From Tubiluchus corallicola (Eukaryota; Animalia; Priapulida), in the NCBI GenBank assembly GCA_030141605.1, contig JAQGDQ010000110.1:372001-436000 (forward strand): a DNA stretch of 64,000 nucleotides, read 5' to 3'. Made by a program: the position numbers and the translations under genes. This document shows positions 30,120 through 43,629 of the stretch, piece by piece; positions within the stretch are counted from its first letter, which is position 1; every line of letters begins with the position of its first letter. Under the pieces are notes generated by a model. The model had not been told where the DNA came from. It did no database searches and saw nothing but the letters and a program-made list of their open reading frames with translations.

Positions 30120-31100
30120 TGTTTCAATCGTTTTGATATTTTGAAGTTGAGATAAAGTACATCAATACCAGGCAAAGTAGGATCATCAAAGAAGCAGTCC
30201 ACTGATTTTAGCAAGACAATAGATTAGAAATGACTGAATGATGTGGAAGTGAACCAATTTGGGACTTACTTCAAATTGGATGAGAAAAATCAGAATCTCA
30301 TCCCACACACGGTTTCAAAGCATTTGACAAATACTGATGACAAAGATAAGGGGCGAAGATCATCACATGATGGACACATGTTTGACAGTTTAGAGATGGG
30401 ATTAACATTATAGTAAAGACAACATTGGGGAAGGATTTCAAAATAAAGCCATGAACTTCAACGGGTCCTGTAGCCTTAAATGGTGTTAAGTTAACAAGCT
30501 AAATATATACATCATTCATACTGAATTTAATGTCATTCAGAAAATCGGCATTCCAACCAGAAGAAGGAATAGGCAAGGCATTATAATCAGACTCATGTGT
30601 GAAGAAAAATGTAAAGTGACAATAATTGTAGAAGTGACCTTTTCAGGACAAGTAACAACATCATCATTCAAATCTTTAATGCAATTAATACGGTTAGGAG
30701 GCTTCAAGAAGTATTTACTACACCTGAAGAACTTCTTGCCATTTTTGCTCAACCTACTTGCAACTCTATTTTCATATGTCATCCTTGCATGGCGAATAGA
30801 CAACCTTAACTGCTGGGATTGTCTGGTACACTTAGCATGAGCGTTAGCCAAATTAGTACAGCTCCAGTCTCCAAAGTTTAAGCTTCTTACTTTGATTTAG
30901 CTTGATAGACACACTTATCATATTCTTGGAGCACACACGAGCTTTTAGAGATAGAGATTCCTCTTATTGGGACAAAATTATCAACAGCATAGTTGTACAA
31001 GTGGAGGAAAAAAATCCAAGCCTTAATTACATCACAGCTGCACATCTCTTGACGCCAGTCAATGTTGCACTTAACTGATTTACCAGAAGTGCTGAGAACT
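30120..31100 (-). mobile_element. Decayed non-LTR retrotransposon (CR1/L2 group) ORF2 fragment
   Basis: Minus-strand remnants occur in the expected order: YENRVASRLSKNGKKFF (EN-RT linker), GPVEVHGFILK (like GPDGI..LK), DDLRPLSLSSVFVKCFE (like NYRPISLLS..SK.FE), QIGS (like QFGF), DVLYLNF (like D.IYLDF). Interrupted by stops and frameshifts. Confidence 0.75.
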
Positions 31101-32525
31101 AATCAGAAAAACCTACTTGTTCGCATTCTTCTACCACGGATTTGAAGTTCCCACGTAATATTCTAAATTCCAAAAATCATGGAAGTACACTAATATGCGA
31201 AAGTAAACAAAATGGGCAAATTCTTACTAGTCTTCTGCCATATTGAAAAGAAAAGTGGGCTGGACACGCATTTTCGAAATACATGCATGCTAGCCTTGCT
31301 GGTCGCTTTGCATTGTAATCTCGCAGTCAGTTCAGTGAAGAGCACTACGAACGACCAGGACTACAATAGGTACTTGCACAATTAGATTAAAGGAAAAGCC
31401 AAGTCTCTCTCTCTCAGGCAGTTGAGTTAGTTGTAATACCTGAAAAAATATCAGGAAGCTTCAGCAATAAAATTATTATGTGTCTTGTGCAATTTGTCGA
31501 ATCAATTTAAAGTCCAGATTAGTTTGCTCTTCAGTTGGGCTCGCTCATTTTGAATAAAACTGCCGTTATCCGGTTACTATGCAATATTAATACCTATCCT
31601 GCCCGTTGTTTAAGCAAAGCGACAATAATACTATGCATATTTTTTGCTCTTTGGTGATTCTTGTTGCACACCATGTGATGAAATCCAGTTACTGACAGTA
31701 GTATAACATCCTCCAGCTCAGATAGTTAATGCCAACAAAGTAATAGAATAATCAATTTTATAAGCTAAACCTGAACTCTATAAGCCAGGTATTCCACGAC
31801 CTCGCCGCCCAGCACGTATTGTACGTTCGCTACTTCACAGAATTAACCTGTAAATAAAATAAAGCCAACGCCTAGAATTTTTTCAAATGTTATATAAAAT
31901 GCCTTTGCTATCCAGCAGATTACGTCTTTTTTTCAAATATGATGGCAGCAAAGTTCGTTTGGCGTGAGAGAAAAATGATTTAAATTTCTTTTGCATTTCC
32001 AAGCAAGGCATTTTATTTGTGTATATGAAGTGGTAATTTCAATGTTTTTATGTGTATATTTAAATACAGTAAACGTTGTTCGAGGATTGGTTTTTCCTCT
32101 AAACAAAACTGTTTTAAAGCACAGAAAACACTGTTCCTACAGTGTTTACATAAAGTCAAAAAATGCATCTTGAAATTTTGCATCACCTATTTTATTTGTA
32201 CAGAACTTGTATTAGCAGTAAAGTTGTACAAAACTTGAAAATTTAGTCTTTCAAGACGATCGCTAAGTTCAGCCATTTTAACAGTGCATTGACTATTTGA
32301 AACAATTTTGTGTAAACTTCTGAAAAATAAGCGATCAGAGCATTCGTAGTGCGCACTTCACTAAGGAAATGTAGAGATTACTTAAAAATGTATTATTGGT
32401 ATAATTGTAAAATAAACATTATAATTAATATTTTTAGCATTTATTTTGATGAATGATTATTGGCTCAGCAAACAACCGAAATTAATTCATATTTTTATAA
32501 TAAGCATAGTACAACATAATAAGCA

Positions 32526-32673
<148 letters not shown>

Positions 32674-33172
32674 TCTTAATTGTAAAATTAAATAAAGTTG
32701 AATAAATCGATTTTGTAACAATCAAAACAAATGATTCCACAGCGAGCCTTTAATGTACTTAAAAAAAGAGTCCTAAAGTTACAAATAGATGACCTAAAAA
32801 TTTATAAGGAAAACAAATTCTTTTCTCTTTTTCACATGATTTTTTTTTAAATTAACAAAATTTCATTTTGGATAACCACAGTAAAATGTACATAGTTTTA
32901 GACGTAGCGATTTTTAGATGAATTTGAAATCTGTAGTTAATCATGCCTTTCGTATCATATAGCCTATATATGCAAAAATATGACTTATAGGACCTATTCG
33001 CTAAGATTTAGAGTAGTACGATTAAGAAAAAACTTATGTTATTAAATATGTAACTATAATACCTTCATTAATAATAATTATGAAGATACAAAACACGCAA
33101 ATCACAAGCTATAACTAAGATCGTCAGACGTACTGAATCTACTGAATCAATCACTGATTCATTCCTTTATAA

Positions 33173-33364
33173 CTGGACTACTGTAATGCATTACTCTTTA
33201 ATGTTTCAAAAAACTCTGTAAATAAACTACAAAAAATTCAAAATTCTGCAGTTAGAGTGATCGTGTATTTGCGCAAGTGTGATCACATAACTCCAACATT
33301 ACGGGCCTTGCGCTGGCTTCCGATGCAATCTAAAATCAAATTCAAAATTGCTCTGCTGGCATAG
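33173..33364 (+). mobile_element. L2-clade LINE ORF2 C-terminal fragment
   Basis: Reads LDYCNALLFNVSKNSVNKLQKIQNSAVRVIVYLRKCDHITPTLRALRWLPMQSKIKFKIALLA*, matching the L2 signature LDYCN...LQ..QN.A.R...DHITP.L..L.WLP...I.FK. Confidence 0.85.
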
Positions 33365-33735
33365 TCAAGCCCCGTGCTATGTGATAGACTTTTATTTTTA
33401 TTTTTTAATTTAAAATTTTAAGGCTTTTCTTTAAGAAGCTATAGTGTGTATGATTTAGGTTTTGTAAAATCGTCGGTTTTTTTCGAAGTACTCCAGCTTT
33501 TTAAATACTAGTATTTTTACAACGTAAAGCGACACTGAGCATTTTTATATGCATGTATAAAAATATATACATGTAATATACAATAATATACATGTAATTG
33601 TATCTGCATGTATATAATTGCATGTATAATAATAATAATATAACATACAAACAAAATTTCTATTTTAAAAAGATTTTATCAAGCCAAGAGAATAAATTTC
33701 TAATAAAAATTGCTCTCACGATAATTTAAAGTCAT

Positions 33736-35105
33736 TTACGGAAATCGTTCGCACACATACGACATGATCGAATTTTCATTTATATCGTTAAAGTGCTCTA
33801 ATGACACTATCTGAAGATGATGTTCTTCTCCTTCAGAATTGTTCGGCTCGCCATCACCCCACATTGTCCATCCAACCTCTCCTACTGGTCGTCCGGTCGC
33901 AGACCATATCCAAGTGGCTTCTTCATCCTTATCTGTTCCGCTAGTCCACCAGCTGAGAGTCGGATCTTTACTGTGTACAAAAGACAACTCGGTTGGTGTT
34001 TCAATGCTGACCAGGTCTGAGCCTTTGTCCAAGCAGTTTTGCCGTGCCTCACTCCAAGTGGCAGTTGAACTATAACTAAAGAAGTAACAAGCTCCACGGA
34101 ACTCTTCAAACTCAGCTGGACAATGTCCTGTGTTACCTGTAATAACGAACATCACTTCGACATTTATTTGTTGGTAATAGGTTATTTTAAAATGAAACTG
34201 AGGTAGACTCAGTAACAAACAGCAACTCGCCTTTTAGTTAAGCAAGGCGAAAAGGCGTGACAATCAAAACCATTTCTATTTTTAATGGCAATCTGACCTG
34301 TGCATGAGTCTGATATTTAATTTTAAGCTAATATTCTAACCAAATTGATTTAGTTTTGTGCTGCCAAATACCATGTGAATTAATTTCAGGGTCAGCAGTA
34401 TAGCGCAATTGGATGCGATTTTTTATATTTGCGACTATCCTTACGCTTAGGGTCTTTTTTTGTTTGATAGCCTTAAGTCCTTTGAAACACTGAATCCGTC
34501 CCTGTATAGAGGTGACAAAGAGACAAAACACTTATACTTATATGGTATCTTTAGCGGAACACGGTAACACTACCAGTACACCTCCTACAACGAAACTAGC
34601 CCTAACCTTGCACTAACTTTGCATTATTTTTCAACGTATAATCAAGTTTGAGAAAATTTAAAAGCTAAAAAAATGAACTCGCTATGAGATTAAATTTAAG
34701 AGTTGGAGTCGGGGAAATTACAGCAATAACAAAAGTGTCCTAACCCAATTAAGTATGTTAATAAATACTTTCATAATTACGATGGTTTGTACCTCTTTCA
34801 TAGTAATCAAAGTTGTTAATTTCATCGATGGTTGCAAGACTCGTGTCATCCGTTCCACAGGCACTTAGTTCGCACTGCCTATCCTGTCCACTCATGGGGA
34901 TCGCAGCTCCTATATTAAAACCCACGCACCAGAGTTCGTTCCAGCAGCGTTGCCCACATTCTGTGACACTGGAAACTACAAACGTCTCCAGAACACAACC
35001 TCTTAAAGCACTTAGTGATAGCTTCTTGTGATATAAATTATGCCGGTAATTCGCTTGCGTGATTGTAATCATTACTGCCGCAAGGAAAAACTGATTTGCT
35101 TTCAT
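33736..35105 (-). CDS. Secreted PAN/apple-domain plus C-type lectin protein, 2 exons, 237 aa
   Basis: Exon 1 (34793-35105) encodes a signal peptide and the PAN-like ECGQRC...CVGFN...CEL, with a phase-1 donor G|GTACAA. Exon 2 (33736-34136; acceptor ttattacag) encodes a CTLD: CP....CYFF....TWSEARQNC...LVSI...WWTSG...W.W...W.DGEPNN...FND...YVCE. Confidence 0.9.
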
Positions 35106-36509
35106 AACGTTGGTAGTTTATAGACTAGTGAAGTACTACATTTGAAGCTTTCAGAAAGGTGGCGTAGATAAATCTAGGCGTGCTGCGGGTGATATGCGAT
35201 GTGTTGGAGCAAGTAAATTTATATAATGAACAAAAGGTTAGATATTAATGATCACAATGCAATAGTAATAATATAGTAACTGATGTGAAAGTACTACTAG
35301 GCAACGCTTTTCGTAACTAAGTGACCAATCGGCATCGTCGGCATCGGCGTGAAAACAAAACGACTAAACCTTTTGTCATTATTACTACAAACTGCTCAAT
35401 TATTGGTGTACTTAAATAGACATATTTTATGATAATCACTTTCTCTCATTTTGCCTTTTTTATATTCCTACACCCTGTAAATTGGGATCCAGCCGTTCAC
35501 TGGTATCAGGGCCTATTCACTGTGGATTCTTGTAAGCAGACCGGCGGATTTTACTTCAATGTCAGAGATGATCGTCTAAACTGGGTTACAGAACTGGTAG
35601 AAGTGTCTTAGCCGCATTTGGATGTTAATACTTCCTGCACCTACGACGGAAAAATCAGAATCAGCATGGCGAATTAGACCTGCCAAAGCGAATATCGAAC
35701 TTAACGATCATGAATCTATTCACTGACTACACCACTCTTCACTGTAGCGGAACCGCTACTGAACTAGTTATACAAAAATATATCAGCCTCCTCTAATAAA
35801 TAGGAGTAGCGCAAGATAGCACCAGGGGGTCCAGAAAATAGCTCCTACTAACTTTGCCACCACTTTGGGTTATGATTAAAGGGCACAGAATGACTGGGTT
35901 GCTCGCTTACTTAGTTTTTTCTGACCAACTGCCGATAAGACGTTTAGAACGCTATTTATCGTTCTCATAGATCCTTTTTTTCCATTATGATATACGTTAT
36001 ATCGGTTGAATTTCTCTCTCTCTTTCCCTTTCTGCCTCCCTTCCTCTCTTCCTCAGAGTTGCTATTACACAGTTACTATTAAAATACACAGTTACTATAG
36101 CACTGGGGGAAAATTTACCGTGCATTCGGTTTATCCTTTAAACTAAGAAACTGTAAAACATAAACTGATATAAAAATAAATATTTAAGAATCACACAAAA
36201 TAATCCGTGACACTAGTGTCGAAAAGGAGTGTGGAGAGTATATGAAAAAAGCAAACTGTCTTAGTATACGGGGTAGACAGTACAAAATCGAAAATTTATC
36301 ATAAACTTCAAGATTTCTGTTGCATTTTGATACTGTCTACAGTTATAGCTTTTCTATAAATGAAGTCTTTCAGTTTTATACGTGATGCATATTGCAGACA
36401 CAATTTCTTAGTGTGCAAATTCTGTTTTTGGATTCAGAGAGCAGTTAGAGTCAGACTGCGTGATTTCTGACCAAATGTGTGACAATTATGGTGTGTGCAG
36501 TCTTTTCAT

Positions 36510-37625
36510 TTACACTAAAGTATTTTTCATGTTGTTTATAGGAATATTTTCCGCTGTTTCATTTCTATCCGTATTCCAGTTTTCGTGATTTTGAGCATGC
36601 GCTTGAGACGGTGCTCTTGTTTTATGAATTCTTGAAGAATCGCGTGTGACAGTACTGGTTCGTGTCGAAAAACGAAGACTAGATCCCAGTCTCCATCTAT
36701 CGGAAGTTTTATGAAATATTGAGCGGTACGCTTGCCTGTAATTTTTGTTAGTCAAACCGTAAATAAACGGGTTTATGGCAGCCAAAGCGTACAAAGATAT
36801 TTTAGTTAAAGTGATTAAAAGAGGTGCATCTTCCACGGAGAATGCAACGTCCACAATGGCTGCAGGCAACCAGCTTATAGTAAACGTGGCAAATATGATG
36901 AAAACCATGCGAGTCATGGCCCTCTCCCTTTTCACAAATGTCGGGTAACTATGTCTGGCAAATCGCTTACTGCTTTTCCAAGATTTCACGAGAATCGCCA
37001 AGTAGCAGACCACTGAGGTCGGAACAGTCAACAACGCTAAGATGACCAGCAGTAAGATCTTGGGATTCTGGCCGTCTTTTTCCACGAAATCACACCCCGC
37101 GTTTGTAGGGTAATAGCCAAACTCTCCCCAAGCGCCCAACAGGGTGGGAGTCAAGAGTGCAAAAGGCAGAAGGAGACAGAAAGTAATCATGGCGGCCGCT
37201 GATCTCCTGGTAAATATGTCGTGACATTTCTGTGGGTGCGCTACGGCTACGTAACGATTTATGGCTATGAAAGTCATGAGCAGAAGAGACGCCGACATAA
37301 CCTCATAAAAGATAAATATCTTCATACGACACACAAGCATGCCGATCGATAGATCTCGCTGCAGAAACCTGACGACCTCTAGCGGCATGTTCACCACACA
37401 GTAAGTGAAATCGACGCAAGCCAATGCGACCACGAAGACGTTCGCTATCTTTTGGCGTAGTGTTGTACTTTTCAAGACGGCGATGATGGTCAGTAGATTA
37501 GCCGGTGTCCCAATGGTTATAAACAAAATAAGAAATGATACCCTGAGATAAGTACAGTAATCTGGGTATGCAAAAACCACCTCCTCGTCCGCATCAATAA
37601 CTGTAGATGTGACATCATAATGCAT
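36510..37625 (-). CDS. Rhodopsin-class GPCR, Tre1/Moody/GPR84-like, intronless, 371 aa
   Basis: Seven hydrophobic segments, with G..AN (TM1), LA..D (TM2), IAINRY (TM3), G.WG.FG....C (ECL2), SWLP (TM6) and INPFIY (TM7). Confidence 0.9.
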   Translation of the reverse strand: MHYDVTSTVIDADEEVVFAYPDYCTYLRVSFLILFITIGTPANLLTIIAVLKSTTLRQKIANVFVVALACVDFTYCVVNMPLEVVRFLQRDLSIGMLVCRMKIFIFYEVMSASLLLMTFIAINRYVAVAHPQKCHDIFTRRSAAAMITFCLLLPFALLTPTLLGAWGEFGYYPTNAGCDFVEKDGQNPKILLLVILALLTVPTSVVCYLAILVKSWKSSKRFARHSYPTFVKRERAMTRMVFIIFATFTISWLPAAIVDVAFSVEDAPLLITLTKISLYALAAINPFIYGLTNKNYRQAYRSIFHKTSDRWRLGSSLRFSTRTSTVTRDSSRIHKTRAPSQAHAQNHENWNTDRNETAENIPINNMKNTLV

Positions 37626-38807
37626 TCTCTTGAAAACATGTTAGAAACCGTCTGTCATAGTCATGGAGATGATTACCACATTATGTATTTGAATAACAAC
37701 ACTGTCCAAAGTTCATATACACAACTACGAACCCTTGTGGAAAGCCATACATCTTCCAACTTAAAAATTAACTGAAATTATGAACAATTATGATTGTAGT
37801 AGAATCATTTTACGAGTTATAGGTTCCATACTCACGCTGATAATACAATTTGATTCAAATCTCAATTTATTCATATCATTTCACGGCAATGTTTATATAG
37901 TATAATCACTTCTGTGTTTACAATTCATTAACCGTTAGGATATTCTCAGTTAGACACAAAACAAAAGCACTGCTGCACAAGTTGCGAAAAACAGCTGATA
38001 ACATTTCTAACATAATAACTTTAGAACCAAAAATGCTCACACAGGGCCACACCTGTCATGTGTAATTAGAGATCGTAAAGTTTTACACTAAAATGTGTTT
38101 ACATTAATACTATCACACTTTACGCTATATTTGGTACTATGCGTGTACACAACAGCAACCTACGTACGTGTACATAGCGACCTCTATGTGTGTACAGAGC
38201 AAACATTTCTTGAGTGAGATTGTACTTTGAATATTTCGGAATTTTGTTCCTGTGTTGTTATCAAAAATTTGGATTCGAACCCGATGGGGGGGGGGGGGGG
38301 TTAAAGCCCGTTTTCTAATGTAGGTGTGTCTGCTGGTTTTTCGTCATTTTCTTTCAGTTTGTTTGAGTTTTGGACTTGGCTCGTTATTTTCTTTTCGTTT
38401 TTTAAATAAATGAACTCACTGATCTATTTTCTATTCTATATAGTTTGTTTGTTTTCGTTCAGCGCCTCAAAAATGCGTTTGCATGTTTGTTAGTTTTTTG
38501 TTTATATGTTCCATAAAAGTTTTGTCTCTTATTTGAAGGTTTGTTTTTCAGTTTTTTCACGCATCATTGAAAAGATTTGACATAAAACATGTAAATGCTT
38601 AAAGATTAATTTTGTGATGTAATTCGAATTATAAAAACAGAAAGTCAACGTTTCGTGTTAGCTGTGCTACAATTTGAAGCCTACGAGCTGTTCTTTGCTC
38701 TATACACAGTCACTACTATAATGAGTAAGGAACACTTCACAAATACGCCACTGCACCATCATCATTTGCCGCTGCTGTTCACGTCACTAGGATACGTCCT
38801 AGTTTCT

Positions 38808-40756
38808 TTAAAAGCACATGCTAAAAGCGTTGTTCCTTTCTCCTAAATCTGGCTTAGCTGAATCTAGTCTCAAGTTTTTCCTGCGAAAGAGCAGCCACTG
38901 TGTGGGAATATTGACATGATGGATGACAATAGCGGAAGACACAGGACCTTCAACACAAGCCACTTCTTTATATATGTGATTAATGTTTATTCTGACAGCA
39001 CCAACTTTTTCTGCCAGAATTCCAGTAATGTACACGTCTTCGTTTTCTATTACAGCTGTTTTTAGAGACTCCTCGTAAAGAACTTTCGTTAAGTCCATGG
39101 TCATGATGTAACCCTCGCCGAACAAGTATGGTGGGTAGGTAATTTCACTGTAAGTTGCGTTAGACACATACCACTTGTTACTGGGGTCTCTAACGACCTT
39201 TGCTTGCTGAACGAGTCTCCCGAACATCGTGTTTTGTCGCCGGGGGGTACTTCGAAGATATTTCAATGTGGGGGTGATACCCACCCACGAGTCTACATCA
39301 GCTTTCATAAGGAACGAACAGTCAGTACATATATTCCGAGCTGCGTGCAATCCCATAATGGATTTTATCGATAACTTCCGGTAGGAATCTATGTAATTAC
39401 CAACAACTATATCTCTGAAATGGTACATTTCTTTGATAACTTTTACGTTCATCTCCGTATCCGATGACCCCGCTACAAGGAACACCAGCGCAGCTTCCTC
39501 CATTCGACGTATTTTATATCCCCACGTGGCCCTGATCGTGTCCCTTTGTCTCCCCTCCGAAGGAGCTGACGGGACGAGTATTAAAAGATCGGTTTTGCTG
39601 GAACGGACAGTACTTTGATGATAAATGTACAAATACTCCGTATCGTTTGCAGTGAAGAACTGCGTCACACACTTTGGGAGAGACCTGTGTTAAAATAACA
39701 AACATATTATGTTGGTAAAGAACTGTAAAAACAAGTATCTGGAAAAAGCTATAGTAAAAGAGAAAAAGATTTTTTTATTACATGCACTTAACAACATTTG
39801 TAGGTAAAACGCCATCACTTTATTAAAACTTTTAATTTACATAATTTACATTTATGTAAACGTAAATTAAAAGTTTTAAGAAAATTGTGGTGTTTTAACT
39901 ATAAAGACTAGTATTGCGTTTTTAACAAGTTTTTTACTGAAGTTAGTCAATAAAATTTAATTAAAGGACGCCTTTTTAATAGAAGGACACCTATAATTTG
40001 TCACAAGTTATTAGTCGATATTTTTGCCTTGTATCAATTAAGACAGACAGGCATGAAGATAAAATCGATAATAACGTGTATTTTCTGCTGTTGACTTCAG
40101 AGAGCTGCTTCAGGAACATTTCACTCCTAGTTTGAACCTTAATACTGAGTAACTATTCAGTCTAATTACTTTTTTGGAATGTCGATTTCTAGAATGGAGA
40201 AAATAAAAAAACGTTGCAAAACAGTTCATTATTGAAAAATCTCAATAAGACAAGAATTACAAAGATTAACAATACATACAATATTACAAAGTTAGGCACA
40301 TAAATAGCTTTATGTACTTGTTGCCGCTGCCTGACGCAGTGTATATTTCACCACTGAGCATGCGTAGAGAACATAATAACACAAGTAATAACATAATAAC
40401 ATATACACGAAGAGCATGATAACTAAAATGAATTTAGCATCCTGTTACAGGCGGATATCTATAAAACAATTTCTCAAGCGAAATTGTCTATTTTTGTAAT
40501 AATCAATTTTGTATAAATTAATGATAATCAATTTGAACAAAAATATATGACATTTAATCTTTATTTATATTTACGTACTAATTGTATATACTTACACTGC
40601 CTCTTCTCGGACTAAGTCGGATTGCAAATTTTCCGAAAAGACAGAAAAACAAGCAACCATAATCAGAAAAGTTACAACGAAAACTCGAATGAGCATTAAA
40701 ACACCACCAGTTTTTAAAACACGATGTCTTCCCATGCTCACAGTTCTTGACCTCAT
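38808..40756 (-). CDS. Beta-1,3-galactosyltransferase-family (GT31) type II membrane glycosyltransferase, 2 exons
   Basis: Exon 1 (40596 to about 40756; start Met uncertain) carries the TM segment VLMLIRVFVVTFLIMVACFSVF and donor GT|GTAAGT. Exon 2 (38808-39684) has R.TIRATWG, FLV, DIV..YIDSY..L..K, FLMKADVD, VVRDPSNKWYVS, YPPY..G.GY and EDVYITGILA. Confidence 0.92.
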
Positions 40757-41729
40757 GCTACTTGTTGAATGCGTAATCATTGCGTAATTGTACGTCATTT
40801 CGGTAAAAATTATAACATTTGCGGTTCTTTCGGTTATTGTCAATCCCCACTATTATTACTGTTAGACCAGTATGTCGTAATAATATATCATCATGAGAAA
40901 GCACCAAAAAACTGTAAAAATTCTCACGTAACCATAATTATCACTGGCGGTTATAAAACAAATGTCTCCGAAATTCGGTTCTAGATTAAACAAATAAATT
41001 ATAATCTGTTCTTGTAATTGGAATTCGGACCATTAAAGTTCAACACCAGAATTAAGATGGTTACCATAAAGCGTACAGTATTAATAGTTATTTAGTCGCT
41101 TATTTGATTACTAATGCGGAATTATCGAAATTAGTTATCTCAAGAAAAAACGTCTTGCTAAACCGATCACACAGTTTTTAGTTTGCAGTGCACGTAACCA
41201 GTAGCACAAACAGAGATGACTACCTAAATTTTTCTTGTTTTGTTCTCAGCGTATTATTTTACTTTCTGACACTAGGAGTTCAAGACTTGTCACTGTCAAT
41301 TGCTATTGTCATCTTGGAGTATGGCACGTTTAACGGGTCATTGACTTGATTTCTCCGCTCCCGGCTTAGGTGTCGCAACCCTCAATGTTTGTAAGCAGAA
41401 TCAGACTAATTAGTTAATTACTCTTTCCTACACTGCTGTTCCGCATTTTTGACTTCTTTACAGAGTTGAATATTAAATTTATTTAGTTTAATAAACAAAC
41501 TGATATAAAATGAACACCATGTATATTTAACAACAACAGTACAAGCGGTCTAAAACATTTAACAAGGCGTGTGGCCACAATGACTTTACACAGGCTCTTA
41601 TGTTTGTTGTAGTACGTTATAGTATAGTATATTAACATTATACTATGCGGTTACTTAATTCGAAACATTAAGTTATGGATTATCATTTTGTTAAATTGCG
41701 TGTTTTCTGTATCAAATTTTATGGAAAAA

Positions 41730-41794
41730 TGATAAGATAAGGTAAGATAAGATAAGATAAGATAAGATAAGATAAGATAAGATAAGATAAGATA

Positions 41795-41826
<32 letters not shown>

Positions 41827-42550
41827 ATAGGATAGGATAGGATAGGATAGGATAGGATAGGATAGGATAGGATAGGATAGGATAGGATAGGATAGGATAG
41901 GATATAATAAAGCAAGGCAAGGCAAGGCAAGGTAAGGCAAGGCAAGGCAAGGCAAGGCAAGGCAAGGCAAGGCAAGGCAAGGCAAGGCAAGGCAAGGCAA
42001 GGTAAAGTAAGTTAATTTAAGATAAAGCAAGGTAAGATAATGTAAGGTAAGGCAAGGTAAGGTAAGGTAAGGTAAGGTAAGGTAAGGTAAGGTAAGGTAA
42101 GGTAAGGTAAGGTAAGGTAAGGTAAGGTAAGGTAAGGTAAGGTAAGGTAAGGTAAGGTAAGGTAAGGTAAAGTAAGTTAATTTAAGGTAAGGTAAGGTAA
42201 GACAAGACAAGACGAGACAAGACAAGACAAGACAAGACAAGACAAGACAAGACAAGACAAGACAAGACAAGACAAGACAAGACAAGACAAGACAAGACAA
42301 GACAAGACAAGACAAGACAAGACAAGACAAGACAAGACAAGACAAGACAAGACAAGACAAGACAAGACAAGACGAGACGAGACGAGACGAGACGAGACGA
42401 GACGAGACGAGACGAGACAAGACAAGACAAGACAAGACAAGACAAGACAAGACAAGACAAGACAAGACAAGACAAGTCAAGACAAGACAAGACAAGACAA
42501 GACAAGACAAGACAAGACAAGACAAGACAAGACAAGACAAGATAAGATAA
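41730..42550. repeat. Compound pentanucleotide microsatellite (GATAA/GATAG/GGCAA/GGTAA/GACAA/GACGA)
   Basis: About 820 bp of successive pentamer blocks. Confidence 0.95.
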
Positions 42551-43470
42551 CAAAAGATATTTATTCAGGAGAGCAAAGCGTTTACAAAATGGTTCTGATT
42601 GGTGGTTTTAAATTTAAAATGAAAAGAAATAAATACACGTAAGGACGCAAACATAAATATTTGCAGACCTAAGCAAAATTCGTACAAACATTGTGACTTA
42701 AAACGTAAGGAAACTAGGCAGAAACACAAAAACCTAAGATTGCAATCGTGAAAGAACTTAAAACAAGCAAAACAAGCTATTTTCTTCTGAAGATAGCGCA
42801 AATACACCAATAATAAATTGGTTACCTGCCTGCGTCACCCCATTAATTAATTAATGTTTTAATTCTGATCTGTAGAAGTTATTCATGGCATTCTTTTACA
42901 GACACATTATTTGTTTCATAATATTCGTTCATAGATATTTTCATTAAATACTTTTTAAATGAATGTCGAAATTAGAGCAGGAATCATAGGTTAGAACATA
43001 ATGTTTACAACGTGGCATAGTTTTTACGATATGGAGGTCATTAACTAGTGTCGTCGTTTTCACCAGTCACTCAGGTTGCAGTTTATGTTTCACTTCAAAC
43101 ATATAGAAATGATTTATCTTGTATATACCATATTCTTTTTTGCGTTTTATTGTTTAATAGCCCGTTATAAGTGTCTATAAGGGACCGTGCAGTCATAGAT
43201 TTAGATTTATTTCTCACAAAAAACAATGTACGTTCACTGATACGAAATAATAATTACAAAATGACATGCCAAAAAAACTTCAATAAAATAAAATGCTTCA
43301 AAGTGTGCTGAAAGAAAATCTTGTAAGCACAACATTGACAGTGAGAAAGGGTTGGGCAAAACAAGACAGGGTGTAAGATTATGGTGTGTACAGAGAAGAA
43401 TGCGATTACAGGTGTCATCAACACGATAATATCATATTCGCCATTATTACAAATCGTACATATTTAAATC

Positions 43471-43629
43471 ATTAAATTCATAGTCGCCCCCTCTGTAATG
43501 TAAGATGTATTCATGTAACCAGTGACGAAGTGAACTGGTTTAACGCCATTAGATTAAATTCATAGTCGCCCCCTCTGTAATATAAGATGTATTCACGTAA
43601 GAAGTGGAGAAGTGAACTGGTTTAACGCT
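43471..43629. repeat. Tandem duplication, about 80 bp x2
   Basis: attaaattcatagtcgccccctctgtaat.taagatgtattca...gaagtgaactggtttaacgc occurs twice. Confidence 0.85.

Noticed and set aside
41651-42553. Long LVLSC/LPCLA/ILSYP ORFs
   Set aside because: Translations of pentanucleotide microsatellites.
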